This document shows positions 8,239-17,837 of a stretch of DNA of 64,000 nt, piece after piece. Both the position numbers and the translations under genes were made by a program. The DNA lies in assembly GCA_046313915.1 (NCBI GenBank), contig JBKBXX010000002.1, positions 14,449 to 78,448 on the forward strand, read 5' to 3'. The number at the start of each line of letters is the position of its first letter. Within the stretch, counting starts at the first letter, position 1. This DNA comes from Burkholderiales bacterium (GTDB lineage Bacteria > Pseudomonadota > Gammaproteobacteria > Burkholderiales > SG8-41). The notes under the pieces were generated by a model. The model did not search any database and was not told the origin of the DNA. It saw nothing but the letters and a program-made list of their open reading frames with translations.

Positions 8239-9182
8239 TTGAGCGCCATCACGCCGGCTTCGTGCGCCTGCTGGTCGGCGTGATAGCTCGAACGCACCAG
8301 CGGCCCGCATGCGGCGTGGCTGAAACCCATTTTTTGCGCTTCGTGCGCGAACCGGTCGAAGAGCGCCGGCTCGACGTAACGCAGCACCGGCAGGTGGTGC
8401 GCCGAAGGCTGCAGATACTGGCCAATCGTCAGCATGTCGACGTCGTGCGCGCGCAGGTCGCGCATCACTTCGAGGATTTCCCCGTCGGTTTCGCCCAGCC
8501 CCACCATCAGTCCCGACTTGGCGGGGAGGTGCGGGCAGCGCGCTTTAAAATTCTTCAATAATTTCAATGAGTTACTGTAGTCTGCACCCGGGCGCGCCTG
8601 TTTGTAGAGCCGCGGCACGGTTTCCAGATTGTGGTTCATGACGTCGGGCGGACACTCGGCGAGGATGTCGAGCGCGAGATCGAGCCGGCCGCGGAAATCG
8701 GGCACCAGCGCTTCGATACGCGTTGCCGGCGAAGCCTCGCGCACGGCGCGGATGCAGTCCCTGAAATGGCGCGCGCCGCCATCGCGCAGGTCGTCGCGGT
8801 CGACGCTGGTGATCACCACATACTTGAGCTTGAGCGCGGCAATGGTGTCGGCGAGCCGGACGGGTTCGGCGGCGTCGGGCGGCAGCGGCTTGCCGTGCGC
8901 GACGTCGCAGAACGGGCAGCGCCGCGTGCACAGGTCTCCGAGGATCATGAAAGTCGCGGTGCCTTTGCCGAAACACTCGCCGATGTTGGGGCAGGTTGCT
9001 TCCTCGCACACCGTATGCAGGCGGTGCTCGCGCAGGATGTCCTTGATTTCCTGGAAGCGCCGGCCGTCGCCGAGCCGCACGCGGATCCACTCCGGCTTCC
9101 TCAGCGGTTCGGCCGGCACCACCTTGATCGGGATGCGCGCCGTCTTGGCCGCGCCTTTCTGCTTTTCACCTGTCGCGCTCAT
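8235..9182 (-). CDS. lipA: Lipoyl synthase
   Basis: Radical-SAM and auxiliary cluster cysteines ([22 protein letters not shown]), C-terminal SSYHADQQA. Confidence 0.97.
   Translation of the reverse strand: MSATGEKQKGAAKTARIPIKVVPAEPLRKPEWIRVRLGDGRRFQEIKDILREHRLHTVCEEATCPNIGECFGKGTATFMILGDLCTRRCPFCDVAHGKPLPPDAAEPVRLADTIAALKLKYVVITSVDRDDLRDGGARHFRDCIRAVREASPATRIEALVPDFRGRLDLALDILAECPPDVMNHNLETVPRLYKQARPGADYSNSLKLLKNFKARCPHLPAKSGLMVGLGETDGEILEVMRDLRAHDVDMLTIGQYLQPSAHHLPVLRYVEPALFDRFAHEAQKMGFSHAACGPLVRSSYHADQQAHEAGVMALK
8544..8576 (+). other. AT-rich synonymous codon island inside lipA; the motif reads on the plus strand (antisense to lipA), CAAT-N5-CAAT at 8556-8568
   Basis: Minus-strand codons agt aac tca ttg aaa tta ttg aag aat ttt aaa encode [11 protein letters not shown]. 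The plus strand reads TTTAAAATTCTTCAATAATTTCAATGAGTTACT. Confidence 0.7.
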
Positions 9183-9826
9183 GACAATGCTTTCAACAAA
9201 TATCGGGCGAGCTTGCCGGCGGCGAGCTCCGGTGGGTCGGCGATGCCGAGATCGCGCAACTGGGTCACTGCGAGCCCCGCGTAGCCGCAGGGGTCGATGG
9301 CGTAGAACGGCGCGAGGTCCATGTCGACGTTGAAGGCGAGTCCGTGATAGCAGCAGCCGTGCCTGATACGCAACCCGAGCGCTGCGATCTTGGCCTTGCC
9401 GACGTATACCCCCGGCGCTTCGACCCGGCCGTGTGCGGCGATGCCGTATTCGGCGAGCAAGTCTATCACGGCCTGTTCCATCAGCCTAACCAGCGGCCGC
9501 ACGCCGAGGCCGCGGCGCCGCATGTCGAGCAGCAGATAGATCACGACCTGTCCGGGGCCGTGGTAGGTGATCTGGCCGCCGCGATCGATTTTGACCACCG
9601 GGATGCCGTTGGCGATACGCGGCAGATGCTCGGGCCGGCCGGCGATGCCCTGGGTATAGACCGGCGGATGCTGCAGCACCCACAGCTCGTCGGCGGTGTC
9701 TGCGCCGCGCCGTGCCGTGAATTCCTGCATCGCGCGCCACGTCGATTCGTATTCGACCAGCCCGAGCCGGCGTAGCGCTGTCGCGGGACGGCCGGGCTCG
9801 GGAACGGACGGGGAGTCGGAATTCAT
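9179..9826 (-). CDS. lipB: Lipoyl(octanoyl) transferase
   Basis: [17 protein letters not shown]...[13 protein letters not shown]...[14 protein letters not shown]...CYHGLAFNV. Start taken at the internal ATG (MNSDSP). The stop overlaps the lipA start. Confidence 0.92.
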   Translation of the reverse strand: MNSDSPSVPEPGRPATALRRLGLVEYESTWRAMQEFTARRGADTADELWVLQHPPVYTQGIAGRPEHLPRIANGIPVVKIDRGGQITYHGPGQVVIYLLLDMRRRGLGVRPLVRLMEQAVIDLLAEYGIAAHGRVEAPGVYVGKAKIAALGLRIRHGCCYHGLAFNVDMDLAPFYAIDPCGYAGLAVTQLRDLGIADPPELAAGKLARYLLKALS

Positions 9827-9960
9827 TTGCAACGTCAGTCGGGTGCCGCGCGCAGGATGCGGTCTGCGCCGGAGGTTGTTGGATGATAAGAACGGTAGCA
9901 CAATGCCGCAAGCCGGTGGGGTGAACCGGGCAACTTCGAATTTTCATGCGGGAAAAAACG

Positions 9961-10446
9961 ATGAACAGGCGATGGCTCGCTGCGGTGATCGGTAGCTGGG
10001 CGCTGTGGAGCGCGAGTCCGCCGCTGCTCGCGCAGGCGACGGGCGATTATGCGGAAGATCTGGCGCGCGTTTACGGCGCCTACCAGCGGCTGATCGCCAC
10101 CCGCGATGCGTGCGACGAGAAATTTCCCGCGCTGCGCTCCGTCAACGCCCGCGCCTTCGGCGAATGGAAACAGCGCCACCAGACCCTGGTGCGGGATCTC
10201 GAGCGACGCGTGCTCGTGATGATACGCCAGGCTTCGGCCGACCAGCAGGAATACGGCCGCAACGTCGGCAAGTACGAGGGCGAAATCCTGCAACAGCGCC
10301 TCGATTACAAGGAGACGCTGTTCGAGCTCGACCGCGCCGACCTCGAGCAGCAGTGCAAAAAGTTTCCCGCTTTCCTGAAAAGCGCGGAAGCCGATTTCAG
10401 GAAACGCTACGCCGGCGAGCTCGAGACGCTTGCCAGGCGCAAATGA
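9961..10446 (+). CDS. Hypothetical secreted (periplasmic) helical protein
   Basis: MNRRWLAAVIGSWALWSASPPLLAQA signal peptide followed by a charged helical body. It lies 40 bp upstream of, and co-directional with, the PglL-like gene. No family recognised. Confidence 0.5.
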   Translation: MNRRWLAAVIGSWALWSASPPLLAQATGDYAEDLARVYGAYQRLIATRDACDEKFPALRSVNARAFGEWKQRHQTLVRDLERRVLVMIRQASADQQEYGRNVGKYEGEILQQRLDYKETLFELDRADLEQQCKKFPAFLKSAEADFRKRYAGELETLARRK

Positions 10447-10485
10447 GGGTCTGGTGACGACAGGCGGCAGGGCGGCGGGCCGCTC

Positions 10486-12225
10486 ATGACGGTGGCCGGC
10501 ACCGGCTGGGGCGTCCGCCTCAGCCTTTTGCTCGTGGGAACGATGGCCGCCGCGCCTTTCCTCGAGCCGCGCCACTATCCGCTTTTCCGCCATTTCTACA
10601 GCGAGTGGTCGGCTGCGGCGCTCGGGCTCGCGGCAGGCGCGGCGCTGTTCGCCGGCGGTGCGCTGGCGCGCGGCTTCGCGGTGCCGCGGATTGCCGTGAT
10701 TCCCGCCGGTCTGATGGCCATCGCGCTGCTGCAGCTCGCGCTGCAGCAGCCGGTCTATCCTGCCCAGACGCTGGTGTTCATGCTCTATCTCATCTGGGCC
10801 GCGCTGCTCGCCGTGGTCGGCCACGCGCTTGCCGCAACCGTCGGCCTGGCGCGCGTGATGCGGGCGCTGGCGTGGGGGTTGCTCGCGGGCGGTCTGGCGA
10901 GCGCCTTGAGCGGTGTTTTGCAGCTCATCGACGCCGGGCCGGCCTACGGCCTCGTTGCGCAATCGCAGGCGGTCGGCGGCAACCTCGCCCAGCCGAACCA
11001 CTTCGCCGATCAGCTGTGGCTCGCCTGCGCGGCAGCGCTCTATCTTTTTGCCGACGGACGGCTGAACCGGGCGTATTTCGTTGTTGCGGCGAGCGTGCTG
11101 CTCGCGCTTTCCATTCTGTCCACTTCGCGCAGCGTCTTCCTCTACCTGATCGCGCTCGTCGCGCTGTCGTTGGCGTGGCAGCGCCGCGCCGCGGGCGCGG
11201 ACGAGCGGAAAAAACGCCTGTTCGCCGGCGCCGTGGCCGTGCTCGGCCTGTTCGTGCTGCTGCAGCTCATCCTCGCCGGCAGCGGCTTTCCCACCGGCGT
11301 AGCGCGTCTGTCCGACGTGTCCGGGACGTCGATCCGGCTGCGTCTGTGGCAGACGGCGCTCGACATTTTTTTCGCGCATCCGCTGCTCGGCGCGGGAATC
11401 GGGCAGTTTTCGTGGCAGACGTTTCTCGCCGGATTGTCGTGGGACGGCGTGGTGGCCGAGCACGCGCACAACGTCGTGATGCAGCTGCTGGCCGAGATGG
11501 GAATTTTTGCCGCGCTCCTCGTCGCCGCGGCATTGCTGGCATGGCTTGGCCGCGTGCTGCGGCAAACACCCGATACCGCTTGCTGGTTCGCGCTCGCCGT
11601 GCTGGCGGTGGTGGGGATCCACAGCCAGCTGGAATACCCGCTGTGGTACACCTATTTCCTCGGGCCGTTTGCGCTGGTGCTGGGGGCTGCCGATCCCCGT
11701 GGCCATGGTGTGCGCGCCGCGCGCGCGGTGCGTATCGCGCTGGTGGCGGTCTTGTTGCTGGGCGCGGTTTTGCTTGCCGAGGCGATCGACGATTACGCGC
11801 AACTGCGTTCGGGCGCGTTGCCTGCGCCCGAACGCCTGGAGAAGCTGCGGCGGAACATGTTCTTCACCGCCCACCTCGATCTGCGCCTGGCGGCTGCCAT
11901 GCCGCTGAGCGGCGAGGCGCGGGCGGAGAAACTCGCGGTATGCCGCGACGCCCTGCGCTTCTATCCGATCTGGCAGGTCGCCTACAAGTGCGCGCTGTTG
12001 CACGCGCTGGAAGGCGAGGCCGGGCGGGCGGCATCGCTGTGGCGCCTTGCCGGCGCCGCATTTCCGGGCGCGCTGCCGGCGGTGATCGACGAGCTGCGCC
12101 GCATGCCCGAAGCGCGTGACGGCGTGCCCGCAGCACTGCTCGCCGCCGGCGAGCAACGTCTTGCCGAATTGCAGGCAAAAGGGGTGTCAGGTGACGGCAA
12201 GACACCGCCGCCGCGGTCGCGCTGA
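10486..12225 (+). CDS. O-antigen ligase (Wzy_C) family protein, PglL/pilin-glycosylation-ligase-like O-oligosaccharyltransferase
   Basis: 579-aa polytopic protein with the Wzy_C-type loop (RLRLWQTALDIFFAHPLLGAGIGQF...EHAHNVVMQLLAEMG) and a long C-terminal soluble extension, as in PglL-type enzymes. Confidence 0.75.
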   Translation: MTVAGTGWGVRLSLLLVGTMAAAPFLEPRHYPLFRHFYSEWSAAALGLAAGAALFAGGALARGFAVPRIAVIPAGLMAIALLQLALQQPVYPAQTLVFMLYLIWAALLAVVGHALAATVGLARVMRALAWGLLAGGLASALSGVLQLIDAGPAYGLVAQSQAVGGNLAQPNHFADQLWLACAAALYLFADGRLNRAYFVVAASVLLALSILSTSRSVFLYLIALVALSLAWQRRAAGADERKKRLFAGAVAVLGLFVLLQLILAGSGFPTGVARLSDVSGTSIRLRLWQTALDIFFAHPLLGAGIGQFSWQTFLAGLSWDGVVAEHAHNVVMQLLAEMGIFAALLVAAALLAWLGRVLRQTPDTACWFALAVLAVVGIHSQLEYPLWYTYFLGPFALVLGAADPRGHGVRAARAVRIALVAVLLLGAVLLAEAIDDYAQLRSGALPAPERLEKLRRNMFFTAHLDLRLAAAMPLSGEARAEKLAVCRDALRFYPIWQVAYKCALLHALEGEAGRAASLWRLAGAAFPGALPAVIDELRRMPEARDGVPAALLAAGEQRLAELQAKGVSGDGKTPPPRSR

Positions 12226-12254
12226 TCGGTTCGTGCCGCGGTGTGCACGCCGTG

Positions 12255-12533
12255 CTACAGCACCATCACCACCAGCGGGTGGTCGCACAATTCGCGGTAG
12301 AGATCGTCCAGTTGTGCGCGCGAGGTGGCGCGTATGGTGCAGGTGATGCTCAGATATTTGCCGTGCCTGCTGGCTTTCATTTCCATCGCCGCGCCGTCGA
12401 AGTCCGGCGCGTGGCGTTGCACTACTTCGAGAATCGCCTGTGCGAACCCCGCACGGGTGTGACCGAGGATCTTGATCGGGAAGTCACACGGATATTCGAT
12501 CAGCGTCTCGTCTGTCGTCCGGGAGGCTGTCAT
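12255..12533 (-). CDS. ybeD: YbeD family protein (DUF493)
   Basis: LIEYPCDFPIKILG...GKYLSITCTIRATSRAQLDDLYREL. The start overlaps the dat stop (ATGA). Confidence 0.9.
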   Translation of the reverse strand: MTASRTTDETLIEYPCDFPIKILGHTRAGFAQAILEVVQRHAPDFDGAAMEMKASRHGKYLSITCTIRATSRAQLDDLYRELCDHPLVVMVL

Positions 12534-13390
12534 GCGCTCTGTCGCATCACGGTGCGTTTGAAGTCCTGATAGAGCCCGTGGATTTTGCGGAACAGCGGGC
12601 CGGGCCTGCCGCTGCCAACAGTGCGTTCGTCGAGCGTGGTGACCGCCAGCACTTCCTTGGTCGAGGAGGTGATCCAGATCTCGTCGGCGGTTTTCACTTC
12701 GTGTTCCGCGATTTCGCGTATTTCCAGCGGCACGCCGTGGGCGTGCGCGAGCTCGATCACGACGTCGTAAGTGATGCCGGGCAGCATCAGATGATTCTTG
12801 GGCGGCGCGAGCAGTGTGCCGCCGCGCACGATGAAGACGTTGCTCGCCGAGGCCTCGGTGAGGTAGCCGTCACGAAACAGCAGCGCTTCGGTCGCTCCGG
12901 CGTCGACGGCGGCCTGGCGCAACAGGCAGTTGCCGAGCAGGGCGATCGACTTGATGTCGCACCTCAGCCAGCGGAAATCGGTGGCGGTGATGGCGTGTAC
13001 GCCGTTGTCCACCAGCTCGGCTGGCGGCGTGACGAGCGGGTTGCTCATCATGAACACCGTCGGTTTGACGTTTTTCGGAAAGGCGTGATCGCGCCGCGCG
13101 ACGCCGCGCGTCACCTGGAAATACACCGACTGGTCCTCGCCGCTGTTGCGCGCGATGATTTCGCCGATCAGTTCTCCCCACTCGCTTGCGCTCATCGGGT
13201 TATCGAGGCGTATGCCGTCGAGGCTGTGCTGCAGGCGCTGCAAGTGTTCGTGCAGGCGGAAAGGCCGCCGCGAATAGACGGGGATCACTTCGTAGACGCC
13301 GTCGCCGAAAATGAAACCGCGGTCCAGCACCGGAACGCAGGCTTTTTCCAGCGGCATGAATTCGCCATTGAGATAAACGATTTCGCTCAT
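12530..13390 (-). CDS. dat: D-amino-acid (D-alanine) aminotransferase, class IV PLP enzyme
   Basis: VPVLDRGFIFGDGVYEVIPVY...EASASNVFIV...GITYDVVIELA are class IV aminotransferase motifs. Confidence 0.88.
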   Translation of the reverse strand: MSEIVYLNGEFMPLEKACVPVLDRGFIFGDGVYEVIPVYSRRPFRLHEHLQRLQHSLDGIRLDNPMSASEWGELIGEIIARNSGEDQSVYFQVTRGVARRDHAFPKNVKPTVFMMSNPLVTPPAELVDNGVHAITATDFRWLRCDIKSIALLGNCLLRQAAVDAGATEALLFRDGYLTEASASNVFIVRGGTLLAPPKNHLMLPGITYDVVIELAHAHGVPLEIREIAEHEVKTADEIWITSSTKEVLAVTTLDERTVGSGRPGPLFRKIHGLYQDFKRTVMRQSA

Positions 13391-13409
13391 TTTGCGCTCG
13401 CTTTCGTGC

Positions 13410-14546
13410 TTATCTGAACAGCAGCCGCAGCGAATCCCAGCCCCGGCCGATTATTCCGGCGAGCGGGACGTTTTCCAGCGCCACGACAGGCAGCTCGCGC
13501 ATGGGCTTGCCGTCGAGCGTCAGCTTCAGCACGCCGACTTGCTGGCCGGCGCTGACCGGCGCAAGCAGCGGCTGCAGGCTTTCCACGCTGGCCTTGAGGC
13601 CGCCGGCCGCGCCTTTGGGCAGAGCGAGATAGAGAGCGTTCGCGAAACCGGCCTTGACACTGTCGTTGCCGCCTTTCCAGACCCGCAGTGTGGCGACCGG
13701 CTGGTTTTTTTCATAGAGCCGCACGCTGTCGTAGAACTGGAAGCCGTAGTTGAGCAGCTTCTGGCTTTCGGTGGCGCGCGCCGCTTCGGAGGCGGCGCCG
13801 AGCACCACCGAGATCAGACGTTGCTCGCCGCGCCTGGCCGAGGTGATCAGGCAGTAGCCGGCATTTTCGGTATAGCCGGTTTTCATGCCGTCCACGGCGG
13901 AGTCGAGCCACAGCAGCCGGTTGCGATTGCTCTGGGTGATGTTGTTGTAGCGGTACTCCCTGAGGGAATAGAGCGGGTAATACTCGGGGAAATCGCGGAT
14001 GATCGCGGCCGCGAGCAGCGCGAGGTCGTGGGCCGTGGAGTAGTGCTGCGGGTGGGGCAGGCCGGTGGCGTTCACGAAATGGGTGTTTTTCATTCCCAGG
14101 CGCTGCGCTTCGCGGTTCATCAACTGCGCGAACACTTCCTCGCTGCCGGCGACGGCCTCCGCCAGCGCGATGCTCGCATCGTTGCCTGATTGCACGATCA
14201 CGCCGCGCAGCAGCTCGTCGACCGTGACCGGCTTGCGGGGTTCGATGAACATGCGCGAGCCCTCGCTGCGCCACGCGCGCTCGGAAACCGGCACCGTCTG
14301 ATCGCCGCGGAGGGTTTTGTGCCTGAGCGCGGAGAAAGTCAGGTAGGCGGTCATCAGCTTGGTGAGCGAAGCCGGCTCGAAGCGCTCACCGGCGTTGGCG
14401 CTCGCCAGCGGCTGGCCGCTGTTGAAATCGAGCAGCAGGTAGGCGCGGGAAGCGATCGCTGGCACAGCGGGAACCGGCGCGCCAGCCGGTTGCGCGGACA
14501 GCAGCTGGGGAAACAGCAGCACTGCGAAGGCAATAATCAGTCGCAT
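13410..14546 (-). CDS. D-alanyl-D-alanine carboxypeptidase (PBP5/6-type, S11 peptidase)
   Basis: Signal peptide MRLIIAFAVLLFPQLLSAQP, then the catalytic motifs PASLTKLMT, SGND and KTGYT. Start taken at the internal ATG 14546. Confidence 0.92.
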   Translation of the reverse strand: MRLIIAFAVLLFPQLLSAQPAGAPVPAVPAIASRAYLLLDFNSGQPLASANAGERFEPASLTKLMTAYLTFSALRHKTLRGDQTVPVSERAWRSEGSRMFIEPRKPVTVDELLRGVIVQSGNDASIALAEAVAGSEEVFAQLMNREAQRLGMKNTHFVNATGLPHPQHYSTAHDLALLAAAIIRDFPEYYPLYSLREYRYNNITQSNRNRLLWLDSAVDGMKTGYTENAGYCLITSARRGEQRLISVVLGAASEAARATESQKLLNYGFQFYDSVRLYEKNQPVATLRVWKGGNDSVKAGFANALYLALPKGAAGGLKASVESLQPLLAPVSAGQQVGVLKLTLDGKPMRELPVVALENVPLAGIIGRGWDSLRLLFR

Positions 14547-14840
14547 GACGATCAGGAAAAAAACCTGATTATAACAACCTCGTCCTGCCCTGCCGGCGAA
14601 CGCGCCCGGCTTTTCCGTCGCGGCGAGCAAGGTTTTCCGCGTCTTCCGCCGCAGCCCGATCGCGCAGCTGCGGCAGCGCATGGTGCATCAGAGAGCTGCG
14701 GAATCGCTCCGGCTCGACGCTGTGTCGCCGGGAATCGCTGCCGGTTCTCGGGGCGGATCGGTAAATTGAGAAAAATCAAAGAGCTATGACGTTGCCGCGG
14801 TTTGGGCAAGGAATACGGCCGGCTGCCGCAGCGGTGCGTC

Positions 14841-14873
14841 CGCCCCTTGAAAAACCGCGACCGGCGCACATAT
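14841..14873 (+). promoter_or_regulatory. Sigma-32 (heat shock) type promoter candidate for hsp20
   Basis: CGCCCCTTGAAAA (14841-14853), then a 13-nt gap, then GCACATAT (14866-14873). The consensus is CCCTTGAA-N13-15-CCCCATnT. It lies about 75 nt upstream of the ATG. Confidence 0.45.
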
Positions 14874-14947
14874 TGAAGTCATTGGTGTGAGACGGGAGGG
14901 CGCGGCGCAGCCGCCGCCTTCCCGCATGCCCACTCATTTACAAGGAG

Positions 14948-15379
14948 ATGACGATGGCAAACATTATCCGTTTTGATCCGATCGACGAAGCGTTTGACGA
15001 TCTGTTCCGCGGCTTTTTCGTGCGCCCCATCAGCTTCGAGGGGCCGGGGACGGCGGCGCAGTTCCGGGTCGACGTGAGCGAGAACGACAAGGCCTATACG
15101 CTGCGCGCGGAGCTGCCGGGCGTGAAGAAAGATGACATCAACATCACGATCGACGGCGATCAGGTCGCGATCAGCGCCGAAGTGAAGAAAGAAAAGGACG
15201 TCAAGGAAGGCGAACGCGTGCTGCGTTCCGAGCGCTACTACGGCAAGGTCTACCGCGGCTTCACGCTCGACCAGCCGGTCGATGAAGCCGGCGCGGGCGC
15301 CAGGTATGTCGACGGTGTGCTGGAACTCACTTTGCCGAAGAAAGCCGCCGCGGCGGCAAAACGCATCACCATCCAGTAA
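14948..15379 (+). CDS. Hsp20/alpha-crystallin family small heat shock protein
   Basis: FRVDVSENDKAYTLRAELPGVKKDDINITIDGDQVAISAE...RYYGKVYRGFTL...GVLELTLPK. Confidence 0.93.
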   Translation: MTMANIIRFDPIDEAFDDLFRGFFVRPISFEGPGTAAQFRVDVSENDKAYTLRAELPGVKKDDINITIDGDQVAISAEVKKEKDVKEGERVLRSERYYGKVYRGFTLDQPVDEAGAGARYVDGVLELTLPKKAAAAAKRITIQ

Positions 15380-15405
15380 CAAAGAGCCGCCGGCAACGGC
15401 GAAAC

Positions 15406-15438
15406 GGGCGGACTGCCGCGAGGCGGCCCGCCTTTTTT
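15406..15438 (+). terminator. Rho-independent terminator candidate after hsp20
   Basis: GGCGG ACT GCCGC GAG GCGGC CCGCC forms a nested stem and is followed by T6 (15433-15438). Confidence 0.6.
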
Positions 15439-15495
15439 GTTGCCGGCGTCTCGCCGGAGGCGGTCTTCCGCCCAAAAGCCGTAGCGCTCATGTAG

Positions 15496-16416
<921 letters not shown>

Positions 16417-16457
16417 GCCGCTGCAGCTTGCGGCCGCCATGCGCAAGGTGACCCGGC

Positions 16458-16636
16458 CGATGACGTGGAGCAGGTGCTGGATTTTCGATCTGGACAACAA
16501 GCGGTTTCATCGCTTGTTGCGGCGCAGACTAATGCGGCGCGAGCCGCGTTATGTCGGAGCCACAACACTTCTGACATTCGCAGGGTGGCAGCCGCGATGA
16601 CGTGGAGCAGGTGCTGGATTTTCGATCTGGACAACA
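16458..16636. repeat. Exact 42-bp direct repeat (16458-16499 = 16595-16636) of the nucleotidase gene start, separated by a 95-bp spacer
   Basis: CGATGACGTGGAGCAGGTGCTGGATTTTCGATCTGGACAACA occurs twice, with a period of 137 bp. Confidence 0.9.
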
Positions 16637-17241
16637 CCCTCCACGACGCGACCCCCTACATCTTTCCGCACATCAACCGCGCGATGACCGCCTATCTGCA
16701 GACCCATCTTGGGCTCGACGAAGCCGCGGCCGGGGAATTGCGGCGCCGCTACTGGCTGCGCTACGGCGCGACACTGCTGGGGCTCATGCGCCACCACGGC
16801 ACCGACCCGCGGCATTTCCTGTGGAATACGCACCAGTTTCCCGATCTCGCGCGCATGCTGGTGCGCGAAAACCGGCTGCGCGCGACGTTGCGGCGGCTGC
16901 CCGGCAGGAAGTTCGTGTTTTCGAACGCGCCGGTGCATTATTCGCGCGCGGTGCTGCGCCTGCTGGGAATCGCCGACCTGTTCGACGACGTGTTCACCAT
17001 AGAGCGCACGCGCTACCGGCCGAAGCCCGATAGCCACGGCTTCCTGAGGTTGTGCCGCGCCAACCATTTGCGGCCGCAGCGCTGTATCATGGTCGAGGAC
17101 ACGGCCGACAACCTGAAGACTGCGAAGCGGCTGGGAATGAAGACTGTGTGGGTGACAGGGGCCGCGGCGGCGCCGGGCTATGTCGATGTCAACGTCAGCA
17201 GTCTCGCGCAGTTGCCGCGTGTGCTGGCGCGGTTGAGGTGA
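16597..17241 (+). CDS. Pyrimidine 5'-nucleotidase (HAD superfamily, subfamily IA)
   Basis: MTWSRCWIFDLDNTLHDA (DxDxT nucleophile motif)...KFVFSNAP...CIMVEDTADNLKTAKRLGMKTVWV. The true ATG is at the second repeat copy. The track ORF from 16465 is an upstream extension. Confidence 0.85.
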   Translation: MTWSRCWIFDLDNTLHDATPYIFPHINRAMTAYLQTHLGLDEAAAGELRRRYWLRYGATLLGLMRHHGTDPRHFLWNTHQFPDLARMLVRENRLRATLRRLPGRKFVFSNAPVHYSRAVLRLLGIADLFDDVFTIERTRYRPKPDSHGFLRLCRANHLRPQRCIMVEDTADNLKTAKRLGMKTVWVTGAAAAPGYVDVNVSSLAQLPRVLARLR

Positions 17242-17249
17242 GGAGGATC

Positions 17250-17837
17250 ATGCCTGCGAGGACCGGGGAGAGGAAGACGCAGATATTGCAGACGCTGGCG
17301 CAGATGCTGGAACACCCGGCGGCAGAGAAAATCACCACCGCGGCGCTGGCGGCGAGGCTCGGCGTGTCGGAAGCGGCGCTCTATCGGCATTTCAGCGGCA
17401 AGGCGCAGATGTTCGAGGGCCTGATCGATTTCATCGAGCAGGCGCTGTTCGGGCTGATCAACAAAATCGGCAGCGAGGAAAAAAGCGGCGTGCGGCAGGC
17501 CGAGGCGGTGATGACGGTGCTGCTCGGTTTCGCGCACAAGAATCGCGGCATGACGCGCGTGCTGATCGGCGATGCGCTGGTGAACGAGGATGCGCGGCTG
17601 CAGGCACGCATCAACCAGCTGCACGACCGGCTGGAGGCGGCGCTCAAGCAGGCGCTGCGTTTCGGGGTGACGCAACAGGAGCTCGCTGCCGATGTCGATG
17701 TCGCGGCGCAGGCCAACGTGCTGATGAGTTTCGTCACCGGGCGCTGGCATCAGTTCGCCAAAAGCGGTTTCAAGCGCGAGCCGACGGAGATGTGGACGAG
17801 CCAGTGGCGCCAGCTGATGCAAGGCGTGATCGCCTAG
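17250..17837 (+). CDS. slmA: Nucleoid occlusion factor SlmA (TetR family)
   Basis: AGGAGG at 17241-17246 precedes ATG 17250. GERKTQILQTLAQMLEHPAAEKITTAALAARLGVSEAALYRHFSGKAQMFEGLIDFIE. It follows argB and the nucleotidase, as in many beta/gammaproteobacteria. Confidence 0.85.
   Translation: MPARTGERKTQILQTLAQMLEHPAAEKITTAALAARLGVSEAALYRHFSGKAQMFEGLIDFIEQALFGLINKIGSEEKSGVRQAEAVMTVLLGFAHKNRGMTRVLIGDALVNEDARLQARINQLHDRLEAALKQALRFGVTQQELAADVDVAAQANVLMSFVTGRWHQFAKSGFKREPTEMWTSQWRQLMQGVIA

Noticed and set aside
8568-8580. Similarity of the island tail (CAGTAAC/GTAACT) to Tus-Ter cores, and of AGTTACT to the SlmA-binding site GTGAGTACTCAC
   Set aside because: Only a 6-mer is shared with Ter. The SBS comparison needs a 1-nt insertion in the palindrome centre and matches about 8 of 12 positions. 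That is too weak to call, though SlmA is encoded in the window and could be tested.
9835-12156. 773-aa minus-strand ORF antisense to the secreted-protein and PglL-like genes
   Set aside because: The sequence is Arg/Ala/Gly/Pro-rich and low-complexity with no motifs. It is fully antisense to a convincing polytopic membrane protein. This is a typical stop-poor antisense frame in GC-rich DNA.
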